Shown: positions 40,699 to 51,496 of the stretch, in pieces
How positions within the stretch are numbered: the first letter of the stretch is position 1
Layout: every line of letters begins with the position of its first letter
Origin: an uncultured delta proteobacterium
GTDB lineage: Bacteria > Desulfobacterota > Binatia > UBA9968
Assembly: GCA_963760795.1 (NCBI GenBank)
Contig: CAVXEP010000018.1
Span: 1-64,000, forward strand
Direction of reading: 5' to 3'
Length of the DNA stretch: 64,000 nt
Notes under the pieces: generated by a model
What the model saw: the letters and a program-made list of their open reading frames with translations, nothing else
Told to the model about the DNA's origin: nothing
Database searches by the model: none
Program-made: the position numbers and the translations under genes

Positions 40699-41934
40699 TC
40701 AAAGCTGCAGCGCTACCACCGTCTCCACCTCCGCGGTCTGCGGAAACATGTCGAAAGGCTGCACCGATTGAATGCGGTAGCCGGCCTGCGCGAGTTTTTC
40801 CAAATCGCGCGCCAAGCTGGTCGGTTCGCAAGAAACATAAATGAGCTTGGGCGCGCGCAATTCCAGAACGGCAGCAAGAGCAGCGGCCTGGAAACCTTTT
40901 CGCGGCGGATTGGCGACGATCAGATCGAGCGGAATCAATTGCCCGCGCAGCTGCTGCACCATCGCCGCGGCGTCGCCGGCGAAGAAGCGGCTGTTACCCA
41001 CGCCGTTGCGCCTGGCATTTTGCTTCGCCGTGGTGATGCCGGCTTCGTTATCATCGATACCCCACACCTGGCGCGCACCTGGAGCAAGATTGAGCGAGAT
41101 CGGCCCGACGCCGCAGTAAAGGTCGAGCACCGACTCTTTACCGGTGAGCTGCGCCAACTCAATCACATGATCGTAGAGTTTTTGCGCGGTGTTGGGATTA
41201 GACTGGGAAAACACCCCGGCGGGATAGACCAACTTGAGTCCGCCAATTTGTTCTAACAGGGTTTCACGCCCGGAGAGCATGCGGTTGACCGCGCCCCAGA
41301 TGACGTTGCCGCGGTTTTCATTGATATTGAGGATTACCCCGGTCACGAAAGAGAATTTTCGCTGCAGCGCCCGCGCCAGCATTTCACCCTCGGGCAATAC
41401 CGGATGGCGGCTAACCAACGTCACACTGACTTCCTGCCGGGCAAAGCTATAACGAAAGTCGACGTAGCGCAGATCACCGCTGTCGTCGCGCTCGTCATAG
41501 GGCACAATCCCCAACTCCAGCGCCCGGCTCTTCAGATAGTCCAACACCTGATTGACCCGGCGCGGATGAACCGGGCATGACGAGATATCCATCACCCGGT
41601 GCGTCTGCGGCACATAGAGTCCGGTAGCGATGGCGCCGCCGCTCTTGCGCACCACCAGCTTGACCCGCGCGCGATAACCCAGTCGGCGCGGCGACGGCAC
41701 CACCTCGGGAATCGCCACCTCCTGCAATGTGGGAAACTTGCCAAAGGCCGCGCCCACCAACCCACGCTTACGCACCAGCTGTTCAGGATAGGGCAGATCG
41801 ATAAACGGACAGCCGATACAGTTTGGATAGTGCCGGCATGGCGCCTGGTAGGGTCCGCGGTCCGCGCCATCCGCCGGCTCGACCCGACCGTGGCGAGCAT
41901 TCTGCGGTCGGGGCTTAAAAAATCGCTTTTCCAT
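40699..41934 (-). CDS. rlmD: 23S rRNA (uracil-C5)-methyltransferase
   Basis: C..Y..CIGC Fe-S motif, FSQSN, DLYCGVG, NPPRKG, YVSC, DMFPQT..VE. Confidence 0.9.
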   Translation of the reverse strand: MEKRFFKPRPQNARHGRVEPADGADRGPYQAPCRHYPNCIGCPFIDLPYPEQLVRKRGLVGAAFGKFPTLQEVAIPEVVPSPRRLGYRARVKLVVRKSGGAIATGLYVPQTHRVMDISSCPVHPRRVNQVLDYLKSRALELGIVPYDERDDSGDLRYVDFRYSFARQEVSVTLVSRHPVLPEGEMLARALQRKFSFVTGVILNINENRGNVIWGAVNRMLSGRETLLEQIGGLKLVYPAGVFSQSNPNTAQKLYDHVIELAQLTGKESVLDLYCGVGPISLNLAPGARQVWGIDDNEAGITTAKQNARRNGVGNSRFFAGDAAAMVQQLRGQLIPLDLIVANPPRKGFQAAALAAVLELRAPKLIYVSCEPTSLARDLEKLAQAGYRIQSVQPFDMFPQTAEVETVVALQL

Positions 41935-42044
41935 CGGGCTACTCTATCGGTCAACCAGACACCGATCAATTACACCTAAACTAATCACCTGATGTCTGTC
42001 TCGGAAACGGTCGAATTCCCTCGCCATCAAGCGGAGAGTGGATT

Positions 42045-42127
42045 TGTCATGCCGGCGAAGGCCGGCATCCAGGTTCGATTTCAGTTCCAGTACAATAGAC
42101 TGGATTCCGGCCTGCGCCGGAATGACG
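42045..42127. repeat. REP-like element GTCATGCCGGCGAAGGCCGGCATCCAG...CTGGATTCCGGCCTGCGCCGGAATGAC
   Basis: Imperfect inverted pair; a related half copy lies at ~31590-31620. Confidence 0.8.
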
Positions 42128-42192
42128 GACGAAGAGTTGACTTTCAGTCGACCAATAAAGAACCCATCGGTTCATTGCCGCGGGTCAGCCGG

Positions 42193-42612
42193 TCATTCGC
42201 CGATAATCTTCACCAGCACGCGCTTTTTCCGCCGGCCATCGAATTCGCCGTAGAAAATCTGCTCCCACGGGCCGAAGTCGAGCTTGCCTTCGGTGATCGC
42301 CACCATCACTTCACGGCCCATCACTTGGCGCTTGATATGCGCATCGGCGTTGTCCTCGCCGGTGTCGTTGTGGCGGTATTGCTTGATCGGTTCGTGCGGC
42401 GCGAGATTTTCCAGCCAGGCGGCGTAATCATGGTGCAAGCCGGCCTCATCGTCATTGATAAACACCGAAGCGGTGATATGCATGGCGTTGACCAGCGCCA
42501 GCCCCTCTTTCACCCCACTCTCGCGCAGACAGGAGTCAACCTGCGCCGTGATATTGACGAACGCCATCCGCGTCGGCGTATTGAACCACAACTCTTTACG
42601 AAAGCTCTTCAT
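42193..42612 (-). CDS. yjbQ: Secondary thiamine-phosphate synthase YjbQ family protein
   Basis: [33 protein letters not shown]. Confidence 0.92.
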   Translation of the reverse strand: MKSFRKELWFNTPTRMAFVNITAQVDSCLRESGVKEGLALVNAMHITASVFINDDEAGLHHDYAAWLENLAPHEPIKQYRHNDTGEDNADAHIKRQVMGREVMVAITEGKLDFGPWEQIFYGEFDGRRKKRVLVKIIGE

Positions 42613-42747
42613 GGATCGTCCTCCCCGTGGTTTGATCTCTAGCCCGATAATTTATACAAACTACTGAAGGCCAAGTCATAGTTCCGAATAGACGATTGCA
42701 ACCTTTGGAACAACTGGAACACTTGGAACGGTTTCTTTGGAGGATCA

Positions 42748-44214
42748 ATGAATAACCAGGTTCGCTTCATCGATACGACAATTCGCGACGGCAACCAAAG
42801 CCTCTGGGCCTTGAACATGAAGATCGGCTCCATGCTGCCGGCGCTGCCGCATATGGACGAAGCCGGTTTCGAGTCCATGGAGTTTTTCTTGAGCGTCATC
42901 TTCAAAAAATATGTCCGCGAGCACAAAGAGAATCCCTGGTATTGGCTCAAGGATGGCACCAGACTGATCAAGAAAACCCGGCTGCGTTACCATGGCGGCA
43001 TGCATAGCGCCTTCGAGAAGACGCCGCATTGTATTCTCAAACTGCTGGTCGAACGGTTGGTTTCCTATGGCCTGACGCTGACGCGCACGTCGAACTGTTG
43101 GAACGACTATGACGCCTTCGGCGAAGAGATCGCCGATTTGAAAAAACATGGCATGGACGCCGTGGCCAATCTTATCTATTCAGTGTCGCCGCGCCATACC
43201 GACGAGTACTACGCCAGGAAGGCCAAGGAGGCCGCGGCGGCCCATCCCTGGCGCATCTGCTTCAAAGACGTCGGCGGCCTGCTCACGCCCGACCGCGCGC
43301 GCACGCTGATCCCGGTCGTCTTGAAAGCCGCCGGCGATATCCCGGTGGAGTTTCATGCCCACTGCAACAGCGGCCAGGCGCCGCTGAATTACTTGGAAGG
43401 CGTCAAGCTCGGCATGCGCATCCTGCACACCGCGATTCCGCCATTGGCCAACGGCTCATCGCAGCCGTCGATCTTTAACATCGCCAGCAATCTGAAAGCG
43501 CTGGGCTACGATCCGCAGATTGACTTGAAGCCGTTGGAGCCGGTGGTGAAACATTTTACCGCGGTCGCCCAACGCGACGGTCTGCCCATCGGCAAGCCGG
43601 TTGAATATGACGAGGGCATGTATCGGCACCAAGTGCCCGGCGGCATGATCTCCAACATGCGCCATCAACTGAAGATCGTCGGCAAAGAGCATTTGATGGA
43701 AGCCGCGCTGGAAGAAGCCGGCCAGGTGCGCAAAGACTTCGGCTATCCGATCATGGTCACGCCGTTGTCGCAATTCGTCGGCACCCAGGCGGCGATCAAC
43801 GTCATCGTCGGCGAGCGCTACAAAGAAGTGCCCGACCAGAATATCCAGTACGCCTTGGGCTTCTGGGGCAAGGAAGCGATCGAAGTGATGGACCCCAGCG
43901 TGCGCGACAAGATACTCAGCCGGCCGCGCGCCAAAGAGTGGACGCATTGGGAACAGCCGGAGCCGACGTTACATGAGATTCGCCAAAAATACGGCGCCCA
44001 GCTGTCCGACGAAGACTTGATTTTGCACTACTTCGCCGGCGAAGAGTACGTCAAAGCGCTGCCCAACCACGGCAAGCCAATTGAATATCTCGACGCCACC
44101 CAACCGCTGGTGAAAATCATCGAGCAGCTAGCGAAGCGCAAAGACTCGAACCAAGTCTATATCAAACAGCCAGGTTTCACGGTGCGCATGGAAAAACGCG
44201 CGACGGTTAGCTAG
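42748..44214 (+). CDS. Pyruvate carboxylase B / oxaloacetate decarboxylase alpha-like carboxyltransferase, no biotinyl domain
   Basis: DTTIRDGNQSL, FKD.GG, HAHC, HQVPGGMISN, GYPIMVTP.SQ. Confidence 0.88.
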   Translation: MNNQVRFIDTTIRDGNQSLWALNMKIGSMLPALPHMDEAGFESMEFFLSVIFKKYVREHKENPWYWLKDGTRLIKKTRLRYHGGMHSAFEKTPHCILKLLVERLVSYGLTLTRTSNCWNDYDAFGEEIADLKKHGMDAVANLIYSVSPRHTDEYYARKAKEAAAAHPWRICFKDVGGLLTPDRARTLIPVVLKAAGDIPVEFHAHCNSGQAPLNYLEGVKLGMRILHTAIPPLANGSSQPSIFNIASNLKALGYDPQIDLKPLEPVVKHFTAVAQRDGLPIGKPVEYDEGMYRHQVPGGMISNMRHQLKIVGKEHLMEAALEEAGQVRKDFGYPIMVTPLSQFVGTQAAINVIVGERYKEVPDQNIQYALGFWGKEAIEVMDPSVRDKILSRPRAKEWTHWEQPEPTLHEIRQKYGAQLSDEDLILHYFAGEEYVKALPNHGKPIEYLDATQPLVKIIEQLAKRKDSNQVYIKQPGFTVRMEKRATVS

Positions 44215-44220
44215 GAGAGA

Positions 44221-44282
44221 CTTCTGACTTCTGACTTCTGACTTCAAACGATTTGAACGGCTTGAACGAATGGAACGTTTTG
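44221..44282. repeat. (CTGACTT)x3 heptamers plus TTGAACGNN nonamers between convergent genes
   Basis: Read directly. Confidence 0.8.
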
Positions 44283-44304
44283 CACCGCCGCCGCACAGCG
44301 GCGG

Positions 44305-44946
44305 CTAAGGATCATCCCCCTCGGATGCCGCCCCAGGCGCCAAATGACTGACATCGCCCCAGGTCAGCAGCATCCAATTGCCGTCTTCATGGGCGAAGAC
44401 GTTTAAGCCGGCGTTAACGAACTCGAAGCGGCGCGGCGCTTCGAGAGAAATCTCCAAGGTGTGGCGAAAAAAACCGCTCACCACGCCGCCATGGGTGACC
44501 ACGACGATCTGCTCGCCTACATGTCTGGCCGCGAGGTCGTTGAGGCAAGCCATATTGCGTTCGACCTGCTGCACCATGCTCTCGCCACCGGGAATGACAT
44601 AGCCAGGTCCCTGGCTGCGCATCGCCCGGCGCTCTTCCGGATACTTCGCACTAATTTCCTCGCCGTTGAGTCCTTGGAAAATCCCGAGATGACGCTCGCG
44701 CAAGCGCGCGTCGGTAACGATCGCGTGGCCCGTGACCTTTGAGACCTCTTGCGCCGTCTGCACCGCCCTACCGAGGTCGCTGCTGTACAACGCCGTGAAC
44801 TTCTCCCGCGCCAAACGCTGCCCCAACGCCTTTGCTTGAGCCATTCCCCTGGCCGTCAGCGGACTATCGAGATAGCCCTGGCGAATGCCGCGAATGTTCC
44901 ATTCGGTCTGGCCATGGCGAACGATGATGATTTGCGTGCGGTTCAT
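44305..44946 (-). CDS. Histidine phosphatase family protein
   Basis: RHGQT, SSDLGRA, GGES, VVTHGG. Confidence 0.92.
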   Translation of the reverse strand: MNRTQIIIVRHGQTEWNIRGIRQGYLDSPLTARGMAQAKALGQRLAREKFTALYSSDLGRAVQTAQEVSKVTGHAIVTDARLRERHLGIFQGLNGEEISAKYPEERRAMRSQGPGYVIPGGESMVQQVERNMACLNDLAARHVGEQIVVVTHGGVVSGFFRHTLEISLEAPRRFEFVNAGLNVFAHEDGNWMLLTWGDVSHLAPGAASEGDDP

Positions 44947-45117
44947 GGACTCCATACCTCGCGATCAATGCTAAATGTCACGGTCTCAGGAATAAAGTCA
45001 AACCCACAGCCGTAAATCTGACATCATAATAGTTCAGTCATAGAAGCTGAGAGTTTGTGCTTGTCGTTATGCCGCCGCTCTGCTATCCAAAGAGCAAATT
45101 TCGCGGTCCGATACCCC

Positions 45118-47433
45118 ATGTCGCAATTCCCTGCTCCGCAACAGTCCGCTCTCCGCGTCGTCGGCCAGTCGGTCACTCGCGTCGACGCCCATAGCAAGAT
45201 CACCGGCGCCGCCGAGTTTTCCGGCGACCGTCTGTCGGTCGAGAATCTGCTGTACGGAAAAACCCTGCGCAGTCCCCATGCTCATGCGCAGATCGTCGCC
45301 ATCGACACCGCGAAAGCCGAGGCGTTACCCGGCGTACGTGCGGTGATCACTTATCGCGATGTGCCGGCAATCCCGTTCGAAGCCGGTGATGATTCAGGGT
45401 CTGACGGAGCGGTGGCGCCGGTTTATTTACTCAATCGAACCTTGCGTCACGTCGGCGACGAAGTCGCGGCCATAGCCGCCGACACCGAAGAGATCGCCGA
45501 AGAAGCACTGCGCTTGATTCAAGTCGACTATCGTTCCCTGCCCTTCGTCTTGAATGAAGAGCGCGCCCTCGAAGCCAATGCGCCGTCGGTGCGCGGCGGC
45601 GCTAACTTGGCCGGCAAAGAAGCGATCGAATTCTCGCGCGGCAATGTCGACGTCGGCATGCGGGAAGCTGCGCAGATCTTCGAGCAAACCTATCGCACGC
45701 AATCCACCAGTCCCCTGGCGCTGGAGCCGCGCTACGCCGTGGCGTCCTGGCAAGGCGATCGGCTCACGGTATGGAAGGCCAGTCGCAACGTCTACGGCGA
45801 TCGCGACAAGCTCGCCAAGACATTCTCACTGCCGCCGGACCGCGTCCGTGTCGTCGCCACCTATCTTGGCGGCGGCTTCGGCAGCAAAGATGAAACCCGA
45901 TTAGGACTCATCACCGCGCTGCTCGCGCGCCGGGCCGGCCGGCCCGTGCGCATGGGCTACAGTCGCGAGGAAGAACTCGGTTATGGCAAATGGCGCCACG
46001 CCACCACGACGCATATTCGCATGGGCATCAAAGCGGACGGCAGCATCGCCGCCATCGACACCACCAGCGCGCTCAACACCGGCCCCTACGCGCCCGGCTA
46101 CGGCGTCGCTTCCCGGCTGGGCCACGGGCTCACTTATCTTTACAGCTGCGCCAACGCGCGCTTCATCGGCAAAGTCGCCTACACCAATAGTCCCGTGGCC
46201 GGCTCCTATCGCGGTCTCGGCGCGCCGCAGGCCCATTTCGCCCTGGAATCCTTCGCCGACGAAGTCGCGGAAAGTCTACGCATCGACCCGCTGGAGTTCC
46301 GCTTGCGCCACTGCGTGGGCCCCGAAGGCCAACCGGGAGAGCGCGTGACAGCACTTGACAGTTTAGTTCCATCACAACCGATCGAAGGCGGCGTGCCCTT
46401 TTCCAGCAATCTCTTGGCGCAATGTCTCAAAGAAGGGGCGAAGCGAATCGGTTGGCAGGCGCGCCCCAACGGTCCGCGCAAACGGCTAGTCAACGGCAAG
46501 TATCGCGGCATGGGTTTGGCCGCGTGCATTTACAAAACCGGGCAATCCCAATCGTCGGCCAGGGTCAAACTATCAGCCGACGGCAGCGCCGAACTTTCGA
46601 TGAGCATCACCGAGATCGGCCAAGGCGCATGGACGATCCTCAGTCAGATCGTCGCCGAAACTCTCGGGATGGATATGGCAAAAGTTCACGCGACCTTTGC
46701 CGACACCGACACCACGCCGTTCGCGCACAGCACTTCCGGCAGCACGACGACGTTCACGTCAGGACTGGCCGCGCAACAAGCCGCCGAAGACGCCAAGCGC
46801 CAGCTACTCGAAAGCGCCGCGAAATTGCTCGAAGCGGAGCCGGCGAAATTGCTGTGGCGCGATGAATTTGTCGTGATCGTCGACACGCCGGAAATAAAAA
46901 TTCCCGTCGGTCACGTCGTCCGGCGCCAGCCTGAACAGACCATCGTCGGCGAGGCCAAACTGCGCGCCGGCAGCACGACCCACATCATCAATTCCTTCGC
47001 CGCCCACTTCGCCGCGGTCGAAGTCGACCCCGACACCGGCGGCGTGCGCGTGCTCAACTACGTCGCCGTGCATGACTCCGGCAGGATCATCCATCCCGAA
47101 GCGGCGCGCGGCCAGATCATCGGCGGCGTCGTCCAAGGCATCGGCTACGCGCTGATGGAAGAGATCCCCATGGACCCTGACACCGGCGCGCCGCTAACGC
47201 TCAACCTGGACTCGTTCAAGATCCCCAACTTGATCGATATCCCACCCATCGAAGCAATATTCATCGAACAGCCCGACCCCATCGGCCCCTACGGCGCAAA
47301 GGCGCTCGGCGAACCGCCCCTCGTGCCCGTAGCCGCAGCGATCGCCAATGCCGTCAACGACGCCACCGGCGTGCGCATCCGTGAGTTGCCAATCACCGCG
47401 GAGAAGGTGCTGCGGGGACTGCACGGAATTTGA
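45118..47433 (+). CDS. Xanthine dehydrogenase-family molybdopterin-binding subunit
   Basis: LRSPHAHA, GGGFGSK, YRGLG.PQ, GQI.GG.VQG, GAKALGEPP. Confidence 0.93.
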   Translation: MSQFPAPQQSALRVVGQSVTRVDAHSKITGAAEFSGDRLSVENLLYGKTLRSPHAHAQIVAIDTAKAEALPGVRAVITYRDVPAIPFEAGDDSGSDGAVAPVYLLNRTLRHVGDEVAAIAADTEEIAEEALRLIQVDYRSLPFVLNEERALEANAPSVRGGANLAGKEAIEFSRGNVDVGMREAAQIFEQTYRTQSTSPLALEPRYAVASWQGDRLTVWKASRNVYGDRDKLAKTFSLPPDRVRVVATYLGGGFGSKDETRLGLITALLARRAGRPVRMGYSREEELGYGKWRHATTTHIRMGIKADGSIAAIDTTSALNTGPYAPGYGVASRLGHGLTYLYSCANARFIGKVAYTNSPVAGSYRGLGAPQAHFALESFADEVAESLRIDPLEFRLRHCVGPEGQPGERVTALDSLVPSQPIEGGVPFSSNLLAQCLKEGAKRIGWQARPNGPRKRLVNGKYRGMGLAACIYKTGQSQSSARVKLSADGSAELSMSITEIGQGAWTILSQIVAETLGMDMAKVHATFADTDTTPFAHSTSGSTTTFTSGLAAQQAAEDAKRQLLESAAKLLEAEPAKLLWRDEFVVIVDTPEIKIPVGHVVRRQPEQTIVGEAKLRAGSTTHIINSFAAHFAAVEVDPDTGGVRVLNYVAVHDSGRIIHPEAARGQIIGGVVQGIGYALMEEIPMDPDTGAPLTLNLDSFKIPNLIDIPPIEAIFIEQPDPIGPYGAKALGEPPLVPVAAAIANAVNDATGVRIRELPITAEKVLRGLHGI

Positions 47434-47451
47434 ATCGCGTTAGGACATTTA

Positions 47452-48264
47452 ATGCCCATACTGAAACGCTGCAACGTCGACATTCATTACGAAACCCACG
47501 GCGCCGGCACACCATTGCTATTTTTCTGTGAAACCGCCTGCGCCGGCGACATCTGGCACACCTTTCAGGTCCCGGAATTTTCCCGGGATCACTTGGTCAT
47601 CACCCACGACTATCGCGGCACGGGCAAGTCGAGCCGGCCGATCGAGCAATATTCCTGCGACGATTTCGTCGACGATGCGGTGGCCATACTCGATCAATTG
47701 AACGTCGGTCAAGCCATTCTCCTCGGACATTCGATGGGCGGGCGGGTGGCGCTATTGATGGCGCTGAAATACCCGGACAGAGTTAAGAAAATAATTGCCG
47801 CGTCGGTCGGCGCCGGAGTCGCCAATGCGCCGCCGATCCCGTTCAAGATGTGCAAAGAGATGGTCGCGTGGGGTTATGAGAAATATGTCCGCGAGCATAC
47901 CTTGGAGGTCGGCTGGACACAGGAATATATTGAGCAACACCCCGACCGCGTCGATCAATTTCTGAAGGTTCGCATGAGCAACTTGCCGACGTTGGACGAC
48001 TACCTGCGCCATGTCGTCGCCCGCCAGGCTTGCGACGTCAGTCAGCGTCTTGGCGCGATTAAACAGCCGGCGCTGGTTCTCGTCGGCGACCAAGATCACG
48101 GCTCGGCCACCGGCGCGTCGCATCGGGTGGCGTCCGAAGCCATGGCCAAAGCGCTGCCCAACGGCCAATATGCCGTCATCCCCAATGAAGCGCACAACTA
48201 TTTCATGACCAACCCGGGCCAGGCGCACCGCATCATCAGACAGTTTCTCGCCGCGAATTCCTAG
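47452..48264 (+). CDS. Alpha/beta hydrolase
   Basis: DYRGTGKS, GHSMGG, late His. Confidence 0.9.
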   Translation: MPILKRCNVDIHYETHGAGTPLLFFCETACAGDIWHTFQVPEFSRDHLVITHDYRGTGKSSRPIEQYSCDDFVDDAVAILDQLNVGQAILLGHSMGGRVALLMALKYPDRVKKIIAASVGAGVANAPPIPFKMCKEMVAWGYEKYVREHTLEVGWTQEYIEQHPDRVDQFLKVRMSNLPTLDDYLRHVVARQACDVSQRLGAIKQPALVLVGDQDHGSATGASHRVASEAMAKALPNGQYAVIPNEAHNYFMTNPGQAHRIIRQFLAANS

Positions 48265-48413
48265 GGTGCGCTCGCCGCACTGGAGTTCGGACTGGTGCCC
48301 AATGCGCACTCGACCATCTACTACTCCATTGACGCGGCGACCCACTTCAGTGTAACTGAGATTCTGCGAAGCCAAACACTAGACTCCAGACCCTAACCTT
48401 TCGGAGGAACCCC

Positions 48414-49223
48414 ATGCTCGCCAAAATCCGCCATATCGCCATGTACACCCACAACCACGCCGCGGTGGACAATTTTTATCAGCAGGTCTTCGGCATGCGG
48501 CGCATGACCAGCAACACGCTGGATGAAACGGGCAAACAAAATGCCAGCCGCGGCCATATCAGCGACGGCGTCATCGGTCTGGCGGTATTGTCGCGCTACG
48601 CCGGCATGCAGTCCGGAATGGACCACTATGGTTTTGAAGTCGAGGATATCAAAGAGTTTGTCCGACGCATGGAACAGCAGTATCCGAAATCGATGATCGC
48701 CAAGGGATTGGAGTACGTGCCCTTCGCAGGCCTGCGCAGCTACGATCCGGCAGGCACCCAGTTCGACATTGCCCAAGCCCATGTCGCCAACGTCCGCGAA
48801 GGTTACAACGAATCCGGTTGGGAGCAGCCGCGCTGGATCAATCACATCTCGATCCGCGCCAACGACCCCGGTCAGGTCGCCGAATTCTACGAAAAAATAT
48901 TCGAGCTGAAGGAAGCCGAAACCTACAAAGACGACGGCTCCATCTGCATGACCGATGGCAAAGTGAAGCTGCTGCTCCGCCCCCGCGACAACAGCCTGTA
49001 CCGCGGCCTGCGCGAGGGGCTCGATCACTTTGGCTTCAAAGTGGAAAGCTTGGCCAAGACCCAAAACGACCTGGCGGCGCTCGCTGAAAGCGCGCCGCCG
49101 TCCGCGAGCGGCAAATTTGTCGGCGGCAACGGCAAGAAGAACGAGGAAGACTTTCACCGCTGCTGCCTTGGCCAGCATTTTGTCGCCGACCCCGATGGTG
49201 TGTTGATCGATATGGCGGAATAA
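48414..49223 (+). CDS. Two-domain VOC family protein
   Basis: Repeated HIA/HIS...FY...DH.GF.VE...DP.G pattern. Confidence 0.85.
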   Translation: MLAKIRHIAMYTHNHAAVDNFYQQVFGMRRMTSNTLDETGKQNASRGHISDGVIGLAVLSRYAGMQSGMDHYGFEVEDIKEFVRRMEQQYPKSMIAKGLEYVPFAGLRSYDPAGTQFDIAQAHVANVREGYNESGWEQPRWINHISIRANDPGQVAEFYEKIFELKEAETYKDDGSICMTDGKVKLLLRPRDNSLYRGLREGLDHFGFKVESLAKTQNDLAALAESAPPSASGKFVGGNGKKNEEDFHRCCLGQHFVADPDGVLIDMAE

Positions 49224-49281
49224 CAATCTATTAGAAATACGGAGTGAATTTTACTCCTTACTTCCCCGCTGAGGAGCATTC

Positions 49282-50073
49282 ATGCGCGACCTCGGACTTA
49301 CAGATAAAGTCGTTCTGATCACCGGTGGCGGCGGCGTGCTCGGCTCGGCGTTTGCCCGCGGCTTCGCCGATTCCGGCGCAAAGCTCGCTATCGGCGACTT
49401 CGTGCGCGACAAAGCGGCGAAAGTCGCCAACGATCTAATTGCGCGCGGCACCGATGCCATTGGCGTCGGCGCCGACGTGACCAAGGAAGATCAGGTTGCT
49501 AAGATGATCGCCGACGTGGTCGGCCGCTTCGGCACTATCGATATTTTAGTAAATGCCGCCGCGGTGCAAATTTACCCCGGAAAAGAAATTACCGAAGTCG
49601 AGTCCAACGAGTGGGACTTTGTCTTGGGCATAGGCCTCAAGGGGATCTACATGTGTTCCAGGCAAGTTGTGCCGGTGATGAAAAAAGCCGGCCGCGGCAA
49701 GATCGTCAACATCGCTTCCATCGCCGGCCATCGCGGCCTGCCGGGCGGCTCGGCCTACAGCGCAGCTAAAGGCGGCGTCGTCAATCTCACCAGACAGATG
49801 GGCGTCGAGCTCGGCAAGTATCATATCAATGTCAATTCGATCAGCCCCGGCTTCACACCCAACCGTTTGACCAGCGTCAATCAATACGCCGGCAAACCGG
49901 ACGACAGCAGCCAAACTCTGGCCGCCGGTGTCAATCTAACCGTACCGCCGTTGGGCAGAAACGGAGACATCGAAGATTACGTCGGACCGGTGCTCTTTCT
50001 CGCCTCTGCTTGGGCGGACTACATCACCGGCGCAGATATTCCCGTCGAGGGCGGCAGGATGGCAGCGCGATGA
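49282..50073 (+). CDS. SDR family oxidoreductase
   Basis: TGGGGVLG, NAA, YSAAK. Confidence 0.92.
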   Translation: MRDLGLTDKVVLITGGGGVLGSAFARGFADSGAKLAIGDFVRDKAAKVANDLIARGTDAIGVGADVTKEDQVAKMIADVVGRFGTIDILVNAAAVQIYPGKEITEVESNEWDFVLGIGLKGIYMCSRQVVPVMKKAGRGKIVNIASIAGHRGLPGGSAYSAAKGGVVNLTRQMGVELGKYHINVNSISPGFTPNRLTSVNQYAGKPDDSSQTLAAGVNLTVPPLGRNGDIEDYVGPVLFLASAWADYITGADIPVEGGRMAAR

Positions 50074-50130
50074 CGATGGCTGCGCCCCATTGCACGTCAA
50101 GAAACTGACACCGGCGATATTAATCTTTAG

Positions 50131-50814
50131 TTAGTTGAGGGTTCGCGGCGCGATCTCAATGTCACTGGTGGCCGGGCCGGCGCCGAGCTTCAGCAAATCG
50201 ATGAGCATGTTTTCGCGGTCCTGGAGCGTCGCGGCTTCGAGCAGCGCCTGCTTTTCAGCGGGATGAAAGGGCAGCGACACGCCGAGGAGATTGACCAGCT
50301 CTAGATCCGAGAACTTCGCCGCTTGATCGGCATTGACCTGCATGCCATGGGCGGTGCCAAAGACCGATAGCGCTTCGATAATCGCCGCACGCGCACAGTG
50401 CCAGTCTTGCTCCAGTTCGGCGTCGGCGAATTCATTATAGTGCGCTTTGACCCTGCGGTAACCGCGCTGCAACGGCAACTCTTCGGCAAAGCGAAATCGG
50501 CTAACCCCCTTGAGCTGCACGAAGAACCGTCCATCTGGCAACTTTTCACACGTTTCCATGAAACCGGCGCAGCCGACTTTATAGAGATCCGGCGCGCTGT
50601 TCTCGGCCTCAGGCTGAGGTCCGCGATTATCGTTCTGTGGCGCGTAGGGCTGGATCATGCCGAACATTTTGTCGCCTTGCTGGGCGTCTTCGACCATGGC
50701 GCGATAGCGCGGCTCAAAGATATGCAGCGGCAAAACCGTGCCTGGCAACATCATCACGCCAGTCAATGGAAAAACCGGGAGAATCTCCGGACACTTCATT
50801 TGTGGGATGGTCAT
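50131..50814 (-). CDS. LON peptidase N-terminal (substrate-binding) domain protein
   Basis: LPVFPL, LPLHIFEPRY, LPDGR, EKQALLE. Confidence 0.9.
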   Translation of the reverse strand: MTIPQMKCPEILPVFPLTGVMMLPGTVLPLHIFEPRYRAMVEDAQQGDKMFGMIQPYAPQNDNRGPQPEAENSAPDLYKVGCAGFMETCEKLPDGRFFVQLKGVSRFRFAEELPLQRGYRRVKAHYNEFADAELEQDWHCARAAIIEALSVFGTAHGMQVNADQAAKFSDLELVNLLGVSLPFHPAEKQALLEAATLQDRENMLIDLLKLGAGPATSDIEIAPRTLN

Positions 50815-51047
50815 GGTCACAAGCTCGCCCTCTGACTTGGTTATAGGTTATGCGGTGAAATCGGTCAAGACGAAGGCAAATTCAGCGATCCGCGCAATCC
50901 GATTGCGCCATCGGTCATGGGTCGTCGGGCCGATGGTTCACGCCTGATAAGTGAATACTACCCGCGCGCGCTTGCAATCGATCCGGCCGGTATTCTATTT
51001 TGTCGTCCATCCGCTTGAACTCATTCACGGAATAAGGAAATCGCACC

Positions 51048-51480
51048 ATGGCCGAATTCATTCCGGTGGAAACCGGCAGGGCTAAAGAATTTCTCGACGA
51101 ACAATCATCATGGCGTGCTCGCCACCCGGCGCAAAAACGGCGACTTGCAGATGTCGCCGGTAACCTGCGGTCTCGATGGCGCAGGCCGAGCGGTGATCAG
51201 CAGCCGCGAGACCGCGTACAAGGTCAACAATCTGCGCCGCGATCCGCGCGCCGCCCTATGCACGTTCGGCAATACGTTTCACGGCGAAGGCTGGGTCCAA
51301 GTCAGCGGCAAGGCCGAAATCGTTTCGCTACCCGAAGCCCTCGACACTCTGGTCTACTTGCAGCGCCAAGTCTACGGCGAGCACAAGAGCTGGCCGGAAT
51401 TTCACCAACGCATGGCGCGCGAGCAGCGCGTGATCATTCGCATCTCCCTCGAAAGCGTCGGCCCTAAAGTGCGCGGCTAA
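51048..51480 (+). CDS. PPOX-class F420-dependent oxidoreductase, frameshift at ~51100
   Basis: GVLATRRKNG..QMSPV, KVNNLRRDPR, EQRV. Confidence 0.82.
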
Positions 51481-51496
51481 CCGCGCCTATCAAACG

